From the sequence record NC_048638.1: a stretch of 64,000 nucleotides of DNA, one strand, 5' to 3'. The notes below the pieces were generated by a model. It had not been told where the DNA came from, ran no database searches, and saw only the letters and a list, made by a program, of their open reading frames with translations. Both the position numbers and the translations under genes were made by a program. Within the stretch, counting starts at the first letter, position 1, and each line of letters starts with the position of its first letter. The stretch is from Pseudomonas phage ZC03. Of the stretch, positions 48,606 to 57,704 are shown one piece after another.

Positions 48606-48969
48606 ACGAAAAGGTCAACCATCAAATGTAATTACTTTGCCAACATGGCTATCTCAACGAAGTAAATACATAACCAAAACAGGTGGTGATTGGGGACCAG
48701 AAACTGTAGCTCTATGTCTGGCTCTGTCTTTACGAATTCACGGCACTGTTGATCAAGTTCGAGTAACTGCTCGTAGGTTGGCAGAACGTGTGTGTCGTGA
48801 ACAGGAGCCAAAACTGAAAGGTATTGCTAGGGAACCAGATGACTCAATCGTAGTAATGACTGCTGAGTCCATCGTAAACCGAGTATGTGACCTTCTGGAG
48901 ATTGATCCTGAATATAGGTTTACGTCAGGACTAGAAGTGAAGACGAATCATGAAAATCAGAACCAGTAA
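48598..48969 (+). CDS. hypothetical protein
   Basis: 123-aa ORF. Confidence 0.3.
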   Translation: MRKRKGQPSNVITLPTWLSQRSKYITKTGGDWGPETVALCLALSLRIHGTVDQVRVTARRLAERVCREQEPKLKGIAREPDDSIVVMTAESIVNRVCDLLEIDPEYRFTSGLEVKTNHENQNQ

Positions 48970-49351
48970 TCTGATGGGATCTGCTCTCGATTGGGCAGTC
49001 ATTGTGGCAGAACACGGCAAGCATGATGCCAATAACCTATCCCACATAGAACATTTCAAGAACATACGTGAAGGACATTCTCTGCACCAGCAAGCTCATT
49101 ACTCTACTAATTGGTCACATGGTGGACCAATCATTGAGAGGGAAGGAATTGCTATCCGTGAAATCCATCCAGTTTCTGGAGAAAACGGGTACATCTTCAC
49201 ACGACGCTGGATAGCCGAGATGTTCCGTTTTCCTGGTGGACCACGGAAGGCCGTAGCCTACGGCACTACTCCCCTTATTTCTGCCATGCGTTGTTACGTC
49301 ACTTCCCGTCTTGGAAATGAAGTTGAGATACCAGAGGAATTATTAGGATGA
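48950..49351 (+). CDS. hypothetical protein
   Basis: 133-aa ORF. Confidence 0.3.
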   Translation: MKIRTSNLMGSALDWAVIVAEHGKHDANNLSHIEHFKNIREGHSLHQQAHYSTNWSHGGPIIEREGIAIREIHPVSGENGYIFTRRWIAEMFRFPGGPRKAVAYGTTPLISAMRCYVTSRLGNEVEIPEELLG

Positions 49352-49680
49352 AAACTCTCTATGAAGTGAACTGGCATTACAATAATGACCTGCTGATAGG
49401 TATTAGCGTAACTCCCATCAAAGTACTACGTGAAGGTATCTTGCCTGGATGTTCAGCAGTTTCAATTTCAGCAGTAGATAAAGATGGTCATCAATTTCTA
49501 GGTAATCCTGAAGATTACTTTGAGACTGAAGAAGCTGCATGGAAGCAGGCAACAGTTGATCTTCAAGAAACTATTGCATCAGAGCAGCAGGCCATAGATG
49601 AAGCACAAAAACGTATTGAAAGCTTTCGCAATGTTCTCTCAACAATGCACGGAGAAATGCTGAATTTGTTATTGCGATAA
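49348..49680 (+). CDS. hypothetical protein
   Basis: 110-aa ORF. Confidence 0.3.
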   Translation: MKTLYEVNWHYNNDLLIGISVTPIKVLREGILPGCSAVSISAVDKDGHQFLGNPEDYFETEEAAWKQATVDLQETIASEQQAIDEAQKRIESFRNVLSTMHGEMLNLLLR

Positions 49681-49708
49681 GCACTTATGACATTGAGGGA
49701 ACCAGGGA

Positions 49709-49909
49709 ATGAAAGTCAAAGTAGAACGTGGCTTAAAACACTTTCGATTGTCATGGATGGATAACGGACAACCCTACAGAGAACTAATACCTTACCGTAA
49801 TCCTGATGATACGTGGTGGGATCGAAAGTACTCCACAGAGGCATTAAACCTTCTGGAAAATGTTTACCACTATGTCCGAAGAAACATTCGATTCATAGAG
49901 GCAAACTAA
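49709..49909 (+). CDS. hypothetical protein
   Basis: 66-aa ORF. Confidence 0.3.
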   Translation: MKVKVERGLKHFRLSWMDNGQPYRELIPYRNPDDTWWDRKYSTEALNLLENVYHYVRRNIRFIEAN

Positions 49910-50313
49910 TGAATAAAACAAACTGGAACAGTGAACTTTCATCCTGGAGTGATGAAGATTTTATTCGTATCTTTCATGAACATCCTAACTTAGCAGATCG
50001 TTTACGAAAGGTACTTGCTAAACCAATGAGAGTACCCAAGGGTTATGTCTTGGTTGCTGAAAACTGCTTGGAGGAATTAATTGGTTCAGATCTTATGGAT
50101 CAATTGCGTCAGTCATGTAGATTCCCAACTTCTAAGCACATACCCAGCACACAAACACTGTCAGATGAATACAAAGACATTCTGAAGGAATGCCGTAATA
50201 AAGCAATGTATTGGACCATGTATGGCAGGATTCCTGAGTGTGGTGTGTTTTCCCAAATTGCCCAAGATCTTGATTATCTCTGTGATCAACTGGGAATAGA
50301 CAACGATCAATGA
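49910..50313 (+). CDS. hypothetical protein
   Basis: ATG at 49910 (MNKTNWNSE...) abuts the upstream stop; the track's longer 49813 start overlaps the previous gene. Confidence 0.3.
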
Positions 50314-50322
50314 GGTAACAGT

Positions 50323-50676
50323 ATGAGTCGAAAAACTAGAGCCTTGCGTGTATTCCTGCACCAAAACAAGAACCCCACCATTAAAGAAGCATGGGATGCT
50401 GCATGGAAACGAGCACAGAAAGTATTCCATGCACGGAGTATGCAGAACCTAGAAGAGAAACTTGCTTCTACTCAGGCTGAGCTTGAAAAGCTGAAGAGCT
50501 ACTACGGGAATGGAATCGACTGCTTTGCTAATCCATGCAAAGAACACAGCGGAGAAAAGACACCCCCCTTCGATGAATTCTTTGAGAAGTACGGCGGGAA
50601 GTGTGTGATCTGTTTGGTGAACCAGAACCAAGAACTACGAGCAAAACTGGCAGCCTTAAAAGCAGGAGATGTTTAA
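50323..50676 (+). CDS. hypothetical protein
   Basis: 117-aa ORF. Confidence 0.3.
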   Translation: MSRKTRALRVFLHQNKNPTIKEAWDAAWKRAQKVFHARSMQNLEEKLASTQAELEKLKSYYGNGIDCFANPCKEHSGEKTPPFDEFFEKYGGKCVICLVNQNQELRAKLAALKAGDV

Positions 50677-50873
50677 TGAAATTCTGGTTTGGAGGTTTTG
50701 GATGGGGTTGGCGATTGTGGGGTGTATCCTTCAAGGATAAATGGTTTTTTGGTTTGAGTATTAAATCAAAAACCGTAGTTCACCCTGGTGTCGTCTTCTG
50801 TGAAAACTGTGGTTGTGACTGGCTCGACAACGGTTTAAATCCTGTTGGCTGTCCTTACTGCAAGAAAGGATAA
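50676..50873 (+). CDS. small zinc-ribbon protein
   Basis: ATG at 50676; CENCGC ... CPYC, two CxxC pairs. Confidence 0.3.
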   Translation: MKFWFGGFGWGWRLWGVSFKDKWFFGLSIKSKTVVHPGVVFCENCGCDWLDNGLNPVGCPYCKKG

Positions 50874-50878
50874 GAACA

Positions 50879-51154
50879 ATGATTACCCGCTATGAGCGTT
50901 TTGTAAGGGCACTGCAAAAGTTCCTTGATATTCTGGTTCCCCGCTTCCTCACTGAGGACATGGCATGTAAGAAGGTCGGGAAGCACGACAACATTATCTG
51001 CCTAATGCCAATTTGTTCATTGGCGGATGTCCAGCCTGGTGAAGTCTTTGACGCGATTGTGCGAGTCCAGATGTTTAATCTATTTGGATTTGGTCTATTC
51101 CCTAAGCCTATTGGCAAGCCACGTCCATTCGTGAATCCGTATGACGTGAAATGA
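50879..51154 (+). CDS. hypothetical protein
   Basis: 91-aa ORF. Confidence 0.3.
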   Translation: MITRYERFVRALQKFLDILVPRFLTEDMACKKVGKHDNIICLMPICSLADVQPGEVFDAIVRVQMFNLFGFGLFPKPIGKPRPFVNPYDVK

Positions 51155-51172
51155 GAGTAGGGAGAATAAAGT

Positions 51173-51427
51173 ATGAACAAAACCAATGACAGTGGTCCTG
51201 CTTTTCCTGTCCATCGGGACTATGAAACATTCAATTCAGGGATGTCCCTACGCGATTACTTTGCAGCGAAAGCTATGCAGTCAATGCTGCTCAGCGTAGA
51301 GCAATCTGCAAAATACGAGCTTGATGAAGTATCACTGGATGTTATCCACGACGCTATTGCAGCTTGGTCTTATAGCATGGCCGATGCCATGCTCAAGGCA
51401 AGAAAGCTATCAAGTGTGGAGAAATAA
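51173..51427 (+). CDS. hypothetical protein
   Basis: 84-aa ORF. Confidence 0.3.
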   Translation: MNKTNDSGPAFPVHRDYETFNSGMSLRDYFAAKAMQSMLLSVEQSAKYELDEVSLDVIHDAIAAWSYSMADAMLKARKLSSVEK

Positions 51428-51428
51428 G

Positions 51429-51644
51429 ATGGGACAGAAGAAGAAGATGAAGGTGTTTCTGTGGGAAAACGTACTGACCGATTACACTAGCGGAATGATG
51501 GTTGCAATTGCACCTACCATTGAGGAAGCGCGAGCAGCATTGCTGAAGGAGTGCAGCTATATCCCGGAAAACGACCTGAACCAACAACCGAAGGAACTGG
51601 ATTTGTCGGAAGCAGTCGGGTTCGTGTGCTGGGGCGGAGGCTAA
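51429..51644 (+). CDS. hypothetical protein
   Basis: ATG at 51429 in frame with the track ORF 51321..51644. Confidence 0.3.
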   Translation: MGQKKKMKVFLWENVLTDYTSGMMVAIAPTIEEARAALLKECSYIPENDLNQQPKELDLSEAVGFVCWGGG

Positions 51645-51776
51645 TCGTGACTAAGATCGACAGGTGGAAATTTCCACATGCTTATCACGACGAGTACCTT
51701 GAAGGCTACAACTCTTCTCCGTCTGACGAATGTCCTTACCCGACTTCAAAAATTGGAAAGTATTGTGCTTGGGTAG

Positions 51777-52130
51777 GTGGAAAATTCGACAGGTACGGAA
51801 GCACCGAAGGTAGGAAAAATGACCAGCATTACCGAGAAGATCTCCCAGTTGGGAGCAGCGGCAAAGGAAGCAGATAACTATACAAACATGCCTATGGAGG
51901 TTGATCCACGAGATATTCTCGAATTGATCTCTCGTATCCATATCTTGCAAGAGAGACAGGATGCTCTTGCACGTGAAAACAAGGCAATGAAACGCTGTGC
52001 TATTAAATATCTGGAATGGTTGGGAGTTACTCATGTGTCTCTTGACCTGGCTCTATATGAGGACATGCACAATCCAGATATGTGTGGTAATGCCGCCCTC
52101 GCCGCGCTGGCCAAGGTAGGTGAAGGATGA
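51777..52130 (+). CDS. hypothetical protein
   Basis: 117-aa ORF. Confidence 0.3.
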   Translation: MENSTGTEAPKVGKMTSITEKISQLGAAAKEADNYTNMPMEVDPRDILELISRIHILQERQDALARENKAMKRCAIKYLEWLGVTHVSLDLALYEDMHNPDMCGNAALAALAKVGEG

Positions 52131-52372
52131 CTACTCTTCAGACCACTATCACTGCCATTGCAATCCATAGACCTGGCGATTCACCGATCTTAGGGGATAG
52201 CACCACTATCGTCCGTCTGAGTGATGAGGGTGGCGGTCCGTTCATTGTCATTGAGCAAGTAACAACCGCACCAGGTAGTATCGAGCTAGACCCGGATGAG
52301 TGCGAGATTGTCCTACGGGAAGCTAGAAGGCTGCTCAAGCAGGAGGGCGTCAAGGAAATGGAGTCGATTTGA
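52127..52372 (+). CDS. hypothetical protein
   Basis: 81-aa ORF. Confidence 0.3.
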   Translation: MTTLQTTITAIAIHRPGDSPILGDSTTIVRLSDEGGGPFIVIEQVTTAPGSIELDPDECEIVLREARRLLKQEGVKEMESI

Positions 52373-52498
52373 TGTGTACATTAGACGATATCCATGTAAT
52401 TCCAATAGATGACTTCCGGGACCACGAAGAAACCGAGCATTGTTGGTGCAAACCCCGACGAGACGACGAAGAGCCACGAGTTGTAATTCATAACGCGC

Positions 52499-52711
52499 TT
52501 GACGGCAGAGAGAGCTATGAGAATGGACGAAAACAACATTAATGCCGCAGCAATTGACATCGCTCTCACAACTCACCCCCTTGGTGAACCAGAATGCAAC
52601 CATTGTGGTGGCACTGGTGATGTGAGCGGGGAATATCCAGGCATAGCCTGTCCTGATTGTGCTGGGACGGGTAAAGCTCAGCACAAGCAAGGAGATATCG
52701 ATGGATCTTGA
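52499..52711 (+). CDS. small DnaJ-type zinc-finger protein
   Basis: CNHCGGTGDVSG ... CPDCAGTGKA: two CxxCxGxG repeats. Confidence 0.35.
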   Translation: MTAERAMRMDENNINAAAIDIALTTHPLGEPECNHCGGTGDVSGEYPGIACPDCAGTGKAQHKQGDIDGS

Positions 52712-53069
52712 ATATGTGGGTATGGGCGTACATGTTTGCCCTGTTTGCCTGAAGGAGCACGATGAGGTCGTGCTAATAAATAATCACTTGCGTCCCACGC
52801 TCAAGAGACGAAATTTTGTAGGCTGGTCTTTGTGTGATGAGCATGAGGAACTCTGGCAGAAAGGCTACATTGCCTTGATTGAGTGTAGTAACGACAAGCA
52901 ACCTACGTTAGAAAATGCAGAACGTACCGGAGCAATTGCTCATGTACGGAAGGAAGCTTGGTCCTTCATTTTCAATACGCCAGTCCCTGGTACGCCAATT
53001 GCTTTTGTGCAACAAGGCGTAATTGAACAGCTACAGAACATGTGCAAAGAGATAAAAAATGACAACTAA
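52701..53069 (+). CDS. hypothetical Cys-rich protein
   Basis: Likely start at MDLEY; contains CPVC ... C..DEHEE. Confidence 0.3.
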   Translation: MDLEYVGMGVHVCPVCLKEHDEVVLINNHLRPTLKRRNFVGWSLCDEHEELWQKGYIALIECSNDKQPTLENAERTGAIAHVRKEAWSFIFNTPVPGTPIAFVQQGVIEQLQNMCKEIKNDN

Positions 53070-53307
53070 ATTGCGTGAAGATTACGAATGTCTTCGTAAG
53101 GCATTGGCAGAAATTCGGAATGCGCTCTTAATCAATATAATAGTGAATTCTGATCCACGAGAAATCATTGGTGAGCTAGAGGAAATCTACCAGATTGCTG
53201 ATGATGCACTGTCAAATACAAAAAGTGCATCTCAGGATTCTCTGGCTCCATCTGTGCGATGGGCAGTAATAGAACGCTGTAGGCAATTTAAGGAAAAAGA
53301 AGTATGA
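53059..53307 (+). CDS. hypothetical protein
   Basis: 82-aa ORF. Confidence 0.3.
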   Translation: MTTKLREDYECLRKALAEIRNALLINIIVNSDPREIIGELEEIYQIADDALSNTKSASQDSLAPSVRWAVIERCRQFKEKEV

Positions 53308-53735
53308 GTGGCAATATTTATATTGGTTTAAGGGAACCAGAAGCCAATGCTTCTGCAATTCCTACAGATCTTCCTACAGACTCTAAACGTAGAGCTGCTA
53401 TTTTGGAGAAGGTTTACAAAAGGGTATCTATTGAAGATAGAGGATTCACAATAAACAACAAACCCTCTCCTTGTCATATTTGGACTGGACCTACTTCAGG
53501 TAATGGTAGAGGTGGTGGGTACGGTAGAATGTCTCTTGAGGGACAAACTGTTGCTACCCATCTTGTTGTTTATACCCACTTCTACGGATACATCCCAAGT
53601 AGAAAGCAAATAGATCATCTTTGTAAACAAAGAGCTTGCTGTAATCCTGAGCATCTCGAACTGGTAACTCATCTCCAGAACCAGAGAAGAAAGGTTGCAA
53701 GAAAGGTTACAACCTGCGAACCCGCACACAGTTAA
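53304..53735 (+). CDS. free-standing HNH endonuclease
   Basis: HLCKQRACCNPEHLELVTHLQNQ (HNH with Cys ligands). Confidence 0.55.
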   Translation: MSGNIYIGLREPEANASAIPTDLPTDSKRRAAILEKVYKRVSIEDRGFTINNKPSPCHIWTGPTSGNGRGGGYGRMSLEGQTVATHLVVYTHFYGYIPSRKQIDHLCKQRACCNPEHLELVTHLQNQRRKVARKVTTCEPAHS

Positions 53736-53746
53736 AGGATTTTTAG

Positions 53747-54196
53747 ATGATAATTAACGGTCAGGATCTTCTAGATATCTGTCCCTTGGAACCTATGGTT
53801 CCAATGAAAATCTGGCATGAACCTTCTAATACTTCGTGGGGGTTAACTGAGTGCGGCTATGACATTCGAATCAAACAGGATGTTTGGTTACATCCGTTCA
53901 AACGATTCGTGTTAGCCTCGTCTATTGAGTATTTTTCAATGCCAGATTATTTGATGGGCAGAGTACTCAATAAGAGTACATGGGCACGTCGAGGACTAGA
54001 CGCATCCATGACCACCAATATCGAGCCTGGGTGGAAGGGATACCTTACACTTGAGCTTGTATACAGCAGGTACAAACCCCTGTTTATTCCTGCTGGTTCC
54101 GGAATATGCCAAGTCATATTCGAAGAAGTGAAAAATCCTGCGCAGTATTCAGGAAAATACCAAAACCAACCCGATCATCCAGTGAGTGCAAAATGA
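53747..54196 (+). CDS. dCTP deaminase/dUTPase-superfamily protein
   Basis: 149 aa with a beta-rich dUTPase-like pattern (GYDIRI ... SMTTNIEPGWKGYLTLEL); neighbours ThyX. Confidence 0.45.
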   Translation: MIINGQDLLDICPLEPMVPMKIWHEPSNTSWGLTECGYDIRIKQDVWLHPFKRFVLASSIEYFSMPDYLMGRVLNKSTWARRGLDASMTTNIEPGWKGYLTLELVYSRYKPLFIPAGSGICQVIFEEVKNPAQYSGKYQNQPDHPVSAK

Positions 54197-54639
54197 TTAA
54201 TACCAGTCTTTTTAAAAATGCCCACGCAGTCATGAAAACCGTTGAGGAGCTTTCTGACTATAAATTTGCTTATCGAAACGGTAACGATACCCTTTTCTTT
54301 TCTATTGGTGGCTTTGATGTTTCTGCTGTTTATGAAAACTACTCCATCGAACTGTATGAGGTAGATCTTCAGGGAAATCTCATTAAAGACGGTGAGTACA
54401 TTGAGGTAGATATTCCTGATACAGATGCTGATGCTGTACTCACTACCCTGCTTAAACATGGTCTGGTTCCTGTAGTTATGGTTCCTGAGGCTTCGAGCTA
54501 CACTACAGAACCAGAAGAAGAGGAACCAGAAGAGGATGAACAGAAATGTGATTGTTCTCTTTGCTCTGCTCAGGATAGTGAATCACTGTCTGCACTCTTC
54601 GATCTGATTTTTGTTCTGAACAAGGACTTTAAGAACTAA
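54193..54639 (+). CDS. hypothetical acidic protein
   Basis: ATGA overlap with the upstream stop; acidic tail EPEEEEPEEDEQ. Confidence 0.35.
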   Translation: MINTSLFKNAHAVMKTVEELSDYKFAYRNGNDTLFFSIGGFDVSAVYENYSIELYEVDLQGNLIKDGEYIEVDIPDTDADAVLTTLLKHGLVPVVMVPEASSYTTEPEEEEPEEDEQKCDCSLCSAQDSESLSALFDLIFVLNKDFKN

Positions 54640-55451
54640 TGTATCCAATTGACGCAAAGGTGATTCTTCATTCTAGATATGAGGGTCACCCTGATCTGAT
54701 AACACTGGCTCTGACGTATCCACGGTACATCCATGCAGAGTTTCTCACTCACCGAGTTTTCTCACGGAATGCTTCTTCTAGTCGTGCCATTCCAGTGACT
54801 AGGATGCTGAAGAACATCAGTGAGAATCCTGTTATGCCTATTTACTGGGGATCAAACAAGCCAGGGATGCAGGCAGGAGAGGAACTCGAAGGATGGAGAC
54901 TGGTAGTAGCTAAGGCTACTTGGAAGATGGCAGCAAAAACTGCTTGCTTCTATTCTTGGATTCTCAATGAAGTTGGCTTGCATAAGCAACATGCTAACCG
55001 AGGCACAGAACCATACCAGCTAATCTCTGTACTTGTAACAGCTACTGAGTGGTCCAATTTTATGGATCTAAGGAACCATCCTGATGCTCAACCAGAAATT
55101 CAGTATCTGGCTCAGAAGATTCTACAAGCTATGAGTGAGAGCCAACCTCAAATTCTTCATCAGGGTGATTGGCATTTGCCTTTCATTCGAAAAGAAGAAT
55201 TTGGAATGTATCCTCTACGTGACTTGCAGGAAGCTTCTGCTGCGAGATGTGCTAGAGTGAGTTATCTAACTCATGAAGGTAAACTACCTGAGGTAGCCCA
55301 GGATAAGATTTTGTTCCAAAAACTGGCAGGTAGTACACCTATTCATGCTTCTCCCTTGGAACACATTGCAGTTCCCTCTTGGAAGAAGAATGCCAACCTT
55401 GTTGGCTGGAAACAGTTCCGTAAAGTAGTAGAAGACGAACTGTATTCCTAA
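54639..55451 (+). CDS. thyX: flavin-dependent thymidylate synthase ThyX-like
   Basis: LTHRVFSRNASSSRAIP resembles the ThyX RHRx7S signature; 270 aa. Confidence 0.55.
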   Translation: MYPIDAKVILHSRYEGHPDLITLALTYPRYIHAEFLTHRVFSRNASSSRAIPVTRMLKNISENPVMPIYWGSNKPGMQAGEELEGWRLVVAKATWKMAAKTACFYSWILNEVGLHKQHANRGTEPYQLISVLVTATEWSNFMDLRNHPDAQPEIQYLAQKILQAMSESQPQILHQGDWHLPFIRKEEFGMYPLRDLQEASAARCARVSYLTHEGKLPEVAQDKILFQKLAGSTPIHASPLEHIAVPSWKKNANLVGWKQFRKVVEDELYS

Positions 55452-55468
55452 GTGTTTTTTATTTTTAT

Positions 55469-55500
55469 AAGCCCCCATTATTGGGGGCTTTTTTCTTTTT
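55469..55500 (+). terminator. rho-independent terminator
   Basis: AAGCCCCCA-TTAT-TGGGGGCTT followed by TTTTCTTTTT. Confidence 0.7.
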
Positions 55501-55529
55501 ATGGGTTTAAACATAACTTGGAGTTCTAA

Positions 55530-57704
55530 ATGGAAATTCTCCCCCAGTATGAAGATAACCTGGTATCGGCTGGATTGACTGATTCGGTTTCGATGTCGTT
55601 TTCTTCTGACGTTTCTCACCTGTTCTCCCTGATGAGCAAGAATCTGTATAAAGATCCAAATCTTGCTGCTGTCAGGGAAATTATTACTAACGCCTGGGAT
55701 GCTCACATTGATGCTGGCTGTGCTGATAAGCCTATCTGTATCAAATCTGACGGTAATACTTTTACCATTCAAGATTTTGGTAAAGGTCTGAGTAAGTCAG
55801 AATTCTTGCGTCTTTATGGCGTTGTAGGTGAGTCCTCTAAGAGGAAGGACAACAGGCTTACTGGTGGTATGGGCATCGGTAAGATGGCTCCTCTGGCTGC
55901 CCTGCCCTACTTCTCTGTACGTTCTCACCACGGTGGTATTGCTACCACTTATCATATTTCTGGACCCACAGAAGAATCTGGTGGTGTACCTACCATTACT
56001 GAAATGGTTTCTGTTCCTACAGATATTACTGGTCTGGAAGTGATCTTCCCTGCTCCCCTATATCAATTTTTGGGGAATATCAATTCGGTAGTGAATCTAG
56101 GAGCAATTAAAGCCATTCTCATCAAAGAAGATGGAGAAGAGGAATACATTAAAACTATTCCTGATGCTGATGTAGTAGTAATTAAAGACTCCTTCTATTA
56201 CGGCAGCAGGGTAAGACTGAGATACGGAAATATTGTTTATCCAATCCATCATTCCACTTTTCAAGAACTTGGTCCAAAGCTGGCTTCTATGCTTTACGAT
56301 TTGGATCTTAAGTTGATTGTTCTTGTTGAACCAGGAAAAGCTGTAGTAACTCCTAACAGGGAAGAACTGGTTTTCTCTGATAAGTTTAAAGATTACCTGA
56401 AGGATAGATTTGAAGAGGTATATCAACGGCTTATCAAGAATACGAGAAAACTTATTCTTGAGAATCCTACAGTTAGGATTCGATATATTGCTCCTGCTGG
56501 AAGCAAGGCACTTCTAGGTATTGATTCTCCCAATGAAGATTTGGGTACTTATGACAACTCTTTTGCTTTAGAAGATTTGTCTAAGTACATGCCTCGCATG
56601 ATTGCCTGGAATGACAATCCTCAAATGACAAACACAGATTCTTTTAAGGATGCTGTGATTTGTAGGTTTAACAGAGATATCCTGAAGACTTTTCGTGGAA
56701 TGCACAAAAGCTCTGTAAGGGAGAAATTGGATAATAAGTTTAAGAGACTTATTTACAAGACTGGGATCAAACCTAAGAACGTATATACCAGATGGGATAA
56801 GTACAGACCCGGCTATTTTGGTAATGCGTTTTATCTCAGCCACCCATTAAATACTCTTGCTCAAAACAGGAAGATTGTAATCCATTACCATAATCCCGTT
56901 ACGACCTATGCCAGAAAAGAAGATACCCTGTATATCAGGGTATTGATGAAAACCAATGTAGATGCCCTAAAAAAGCGTCTTCAATCTTTTCTTGGTTCCG
57001 AAGTGGATATTGAGATTTGGGAAAACGTAAAGGAAGAAAAACCAAAGCAAGAGAAGGAAGTTAAGAAAGCAGAACCAAAGAAATACATATCCCTCAATAG
57101 CTTCCTTGAACGTAAGACCAGAGTTGCTTACGCACGTGGGGGCAAGATAGATAAGGAGGTTGAAAATCCTGAAGTAATCCTTTCAGAGAAAGACTGGGAA
57201 TCTCGTTTTATTTGCAGATTTGCCGACTGGTTAACCGCTGAAGAGATTACTAAAGATAAAGTGGCTGTAGTTTCCCCTAGAGAATACGCCGCTATGATGC
57301 GCAGGAAAAATCCTCCAAAGGATTTTCTTGAGTATTGCAAGGAAAAGGTTAAAGCCTTTGTACAGGAACCAGAGGTTCTTGCAATCTTTCAATTGATTCC
57401 CCACAGAGTGTCATACCCAAATCCATTTCTGTACCCTGATTTCAGAAAACTGGTTGCTGATGTTCTTGGTGTGAAAACTGATTTTGATGATTCTCTTGTT
57501 AATCGAGTCATCACAATCTTGGATTACTCTTCGTATATAAACAGGGTAGTCGACACCTCGGATCTTCAAAACAAAGACGAGGACTACATAAAGAAAGTAA
57601 CCAAGCTGAAATTAATTGCAGAAGACTTTGATGTAAGAAAGCTCAAAGAATTTGGCATGTATGAACTCTTTGTTGAAAAACTTAAGGAGCGTGTAAATGA
57701 TTAA
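55530..57704 (+). CDS. GHKL (Bergerat-fold, HSP90/MORC/MutL-like) ATPase domain protein
   Basis: N-box REIITNAWDA, G1-box IQDFGKGL, G2-box TGGMGIGKM, all in the N-terminal 120 aa of a 724-aa protein. Confidence 0.55.
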   Translation: MEILPQYEDNLVSAGLTDSVSMSFSSDVSHLFSLMSKNLYKDPNLAAVREIITNAWDAHIDAGCADKPICIKSDGNTFTIQDFGKGLSKSEFLRLYGVVGESSKRKDNRLTGGMGIGKMAPLAALPYFSVRSHHGGIATTYHISGPTEESGGVPTITEMVSVPTDITGLEVIFPAPLYQFLGNINSVVNLGAIKAILIKEDGEEEYIKTIPDADVVVIKDSFYYGSRVRLRYGNIVYPIHHSTFQELGPKLASMLYDLDLKLIVLVEPGKAVVTPNREELVFSDKFKDYLKDRFEEVYQRLIKNTRKLILENPTVRIRYIAPAGSKALLGIDSPNEDLGTYDNSFALEDLSKYMPRMIAWNDNPQMTNTDSFKDAVICRFNRDILKTFRGMHKSSVREKLDNKFKRLIYKTGIKPKNVYTRWDKYRPGYFGNAFYLSHPLNTLAQNRKIVIHYHNPVTTYARKEDTLYIRVLMKTNVDALKKRLQSFLGSEVDIEIWENVKEEKPKQEKEVKKAEPKKYISLNSFLERKTRVAYARGGKIDKEVENPEVILSEKDWESRFICRFADWLTAEEITKDKVAVVSPREYAAMMRRKNPPKDFLEYCKEKVKAFVQEPEVLAIFQLIPHRVSYPNPFLYPDFRKLVADVLGVKTDFDDSLVNRVITILDYSSYINRVVDTSDLQNKDEDYIKKVTKLKLIAEDFDVRKLKEFGMYELFVEKLKERVND

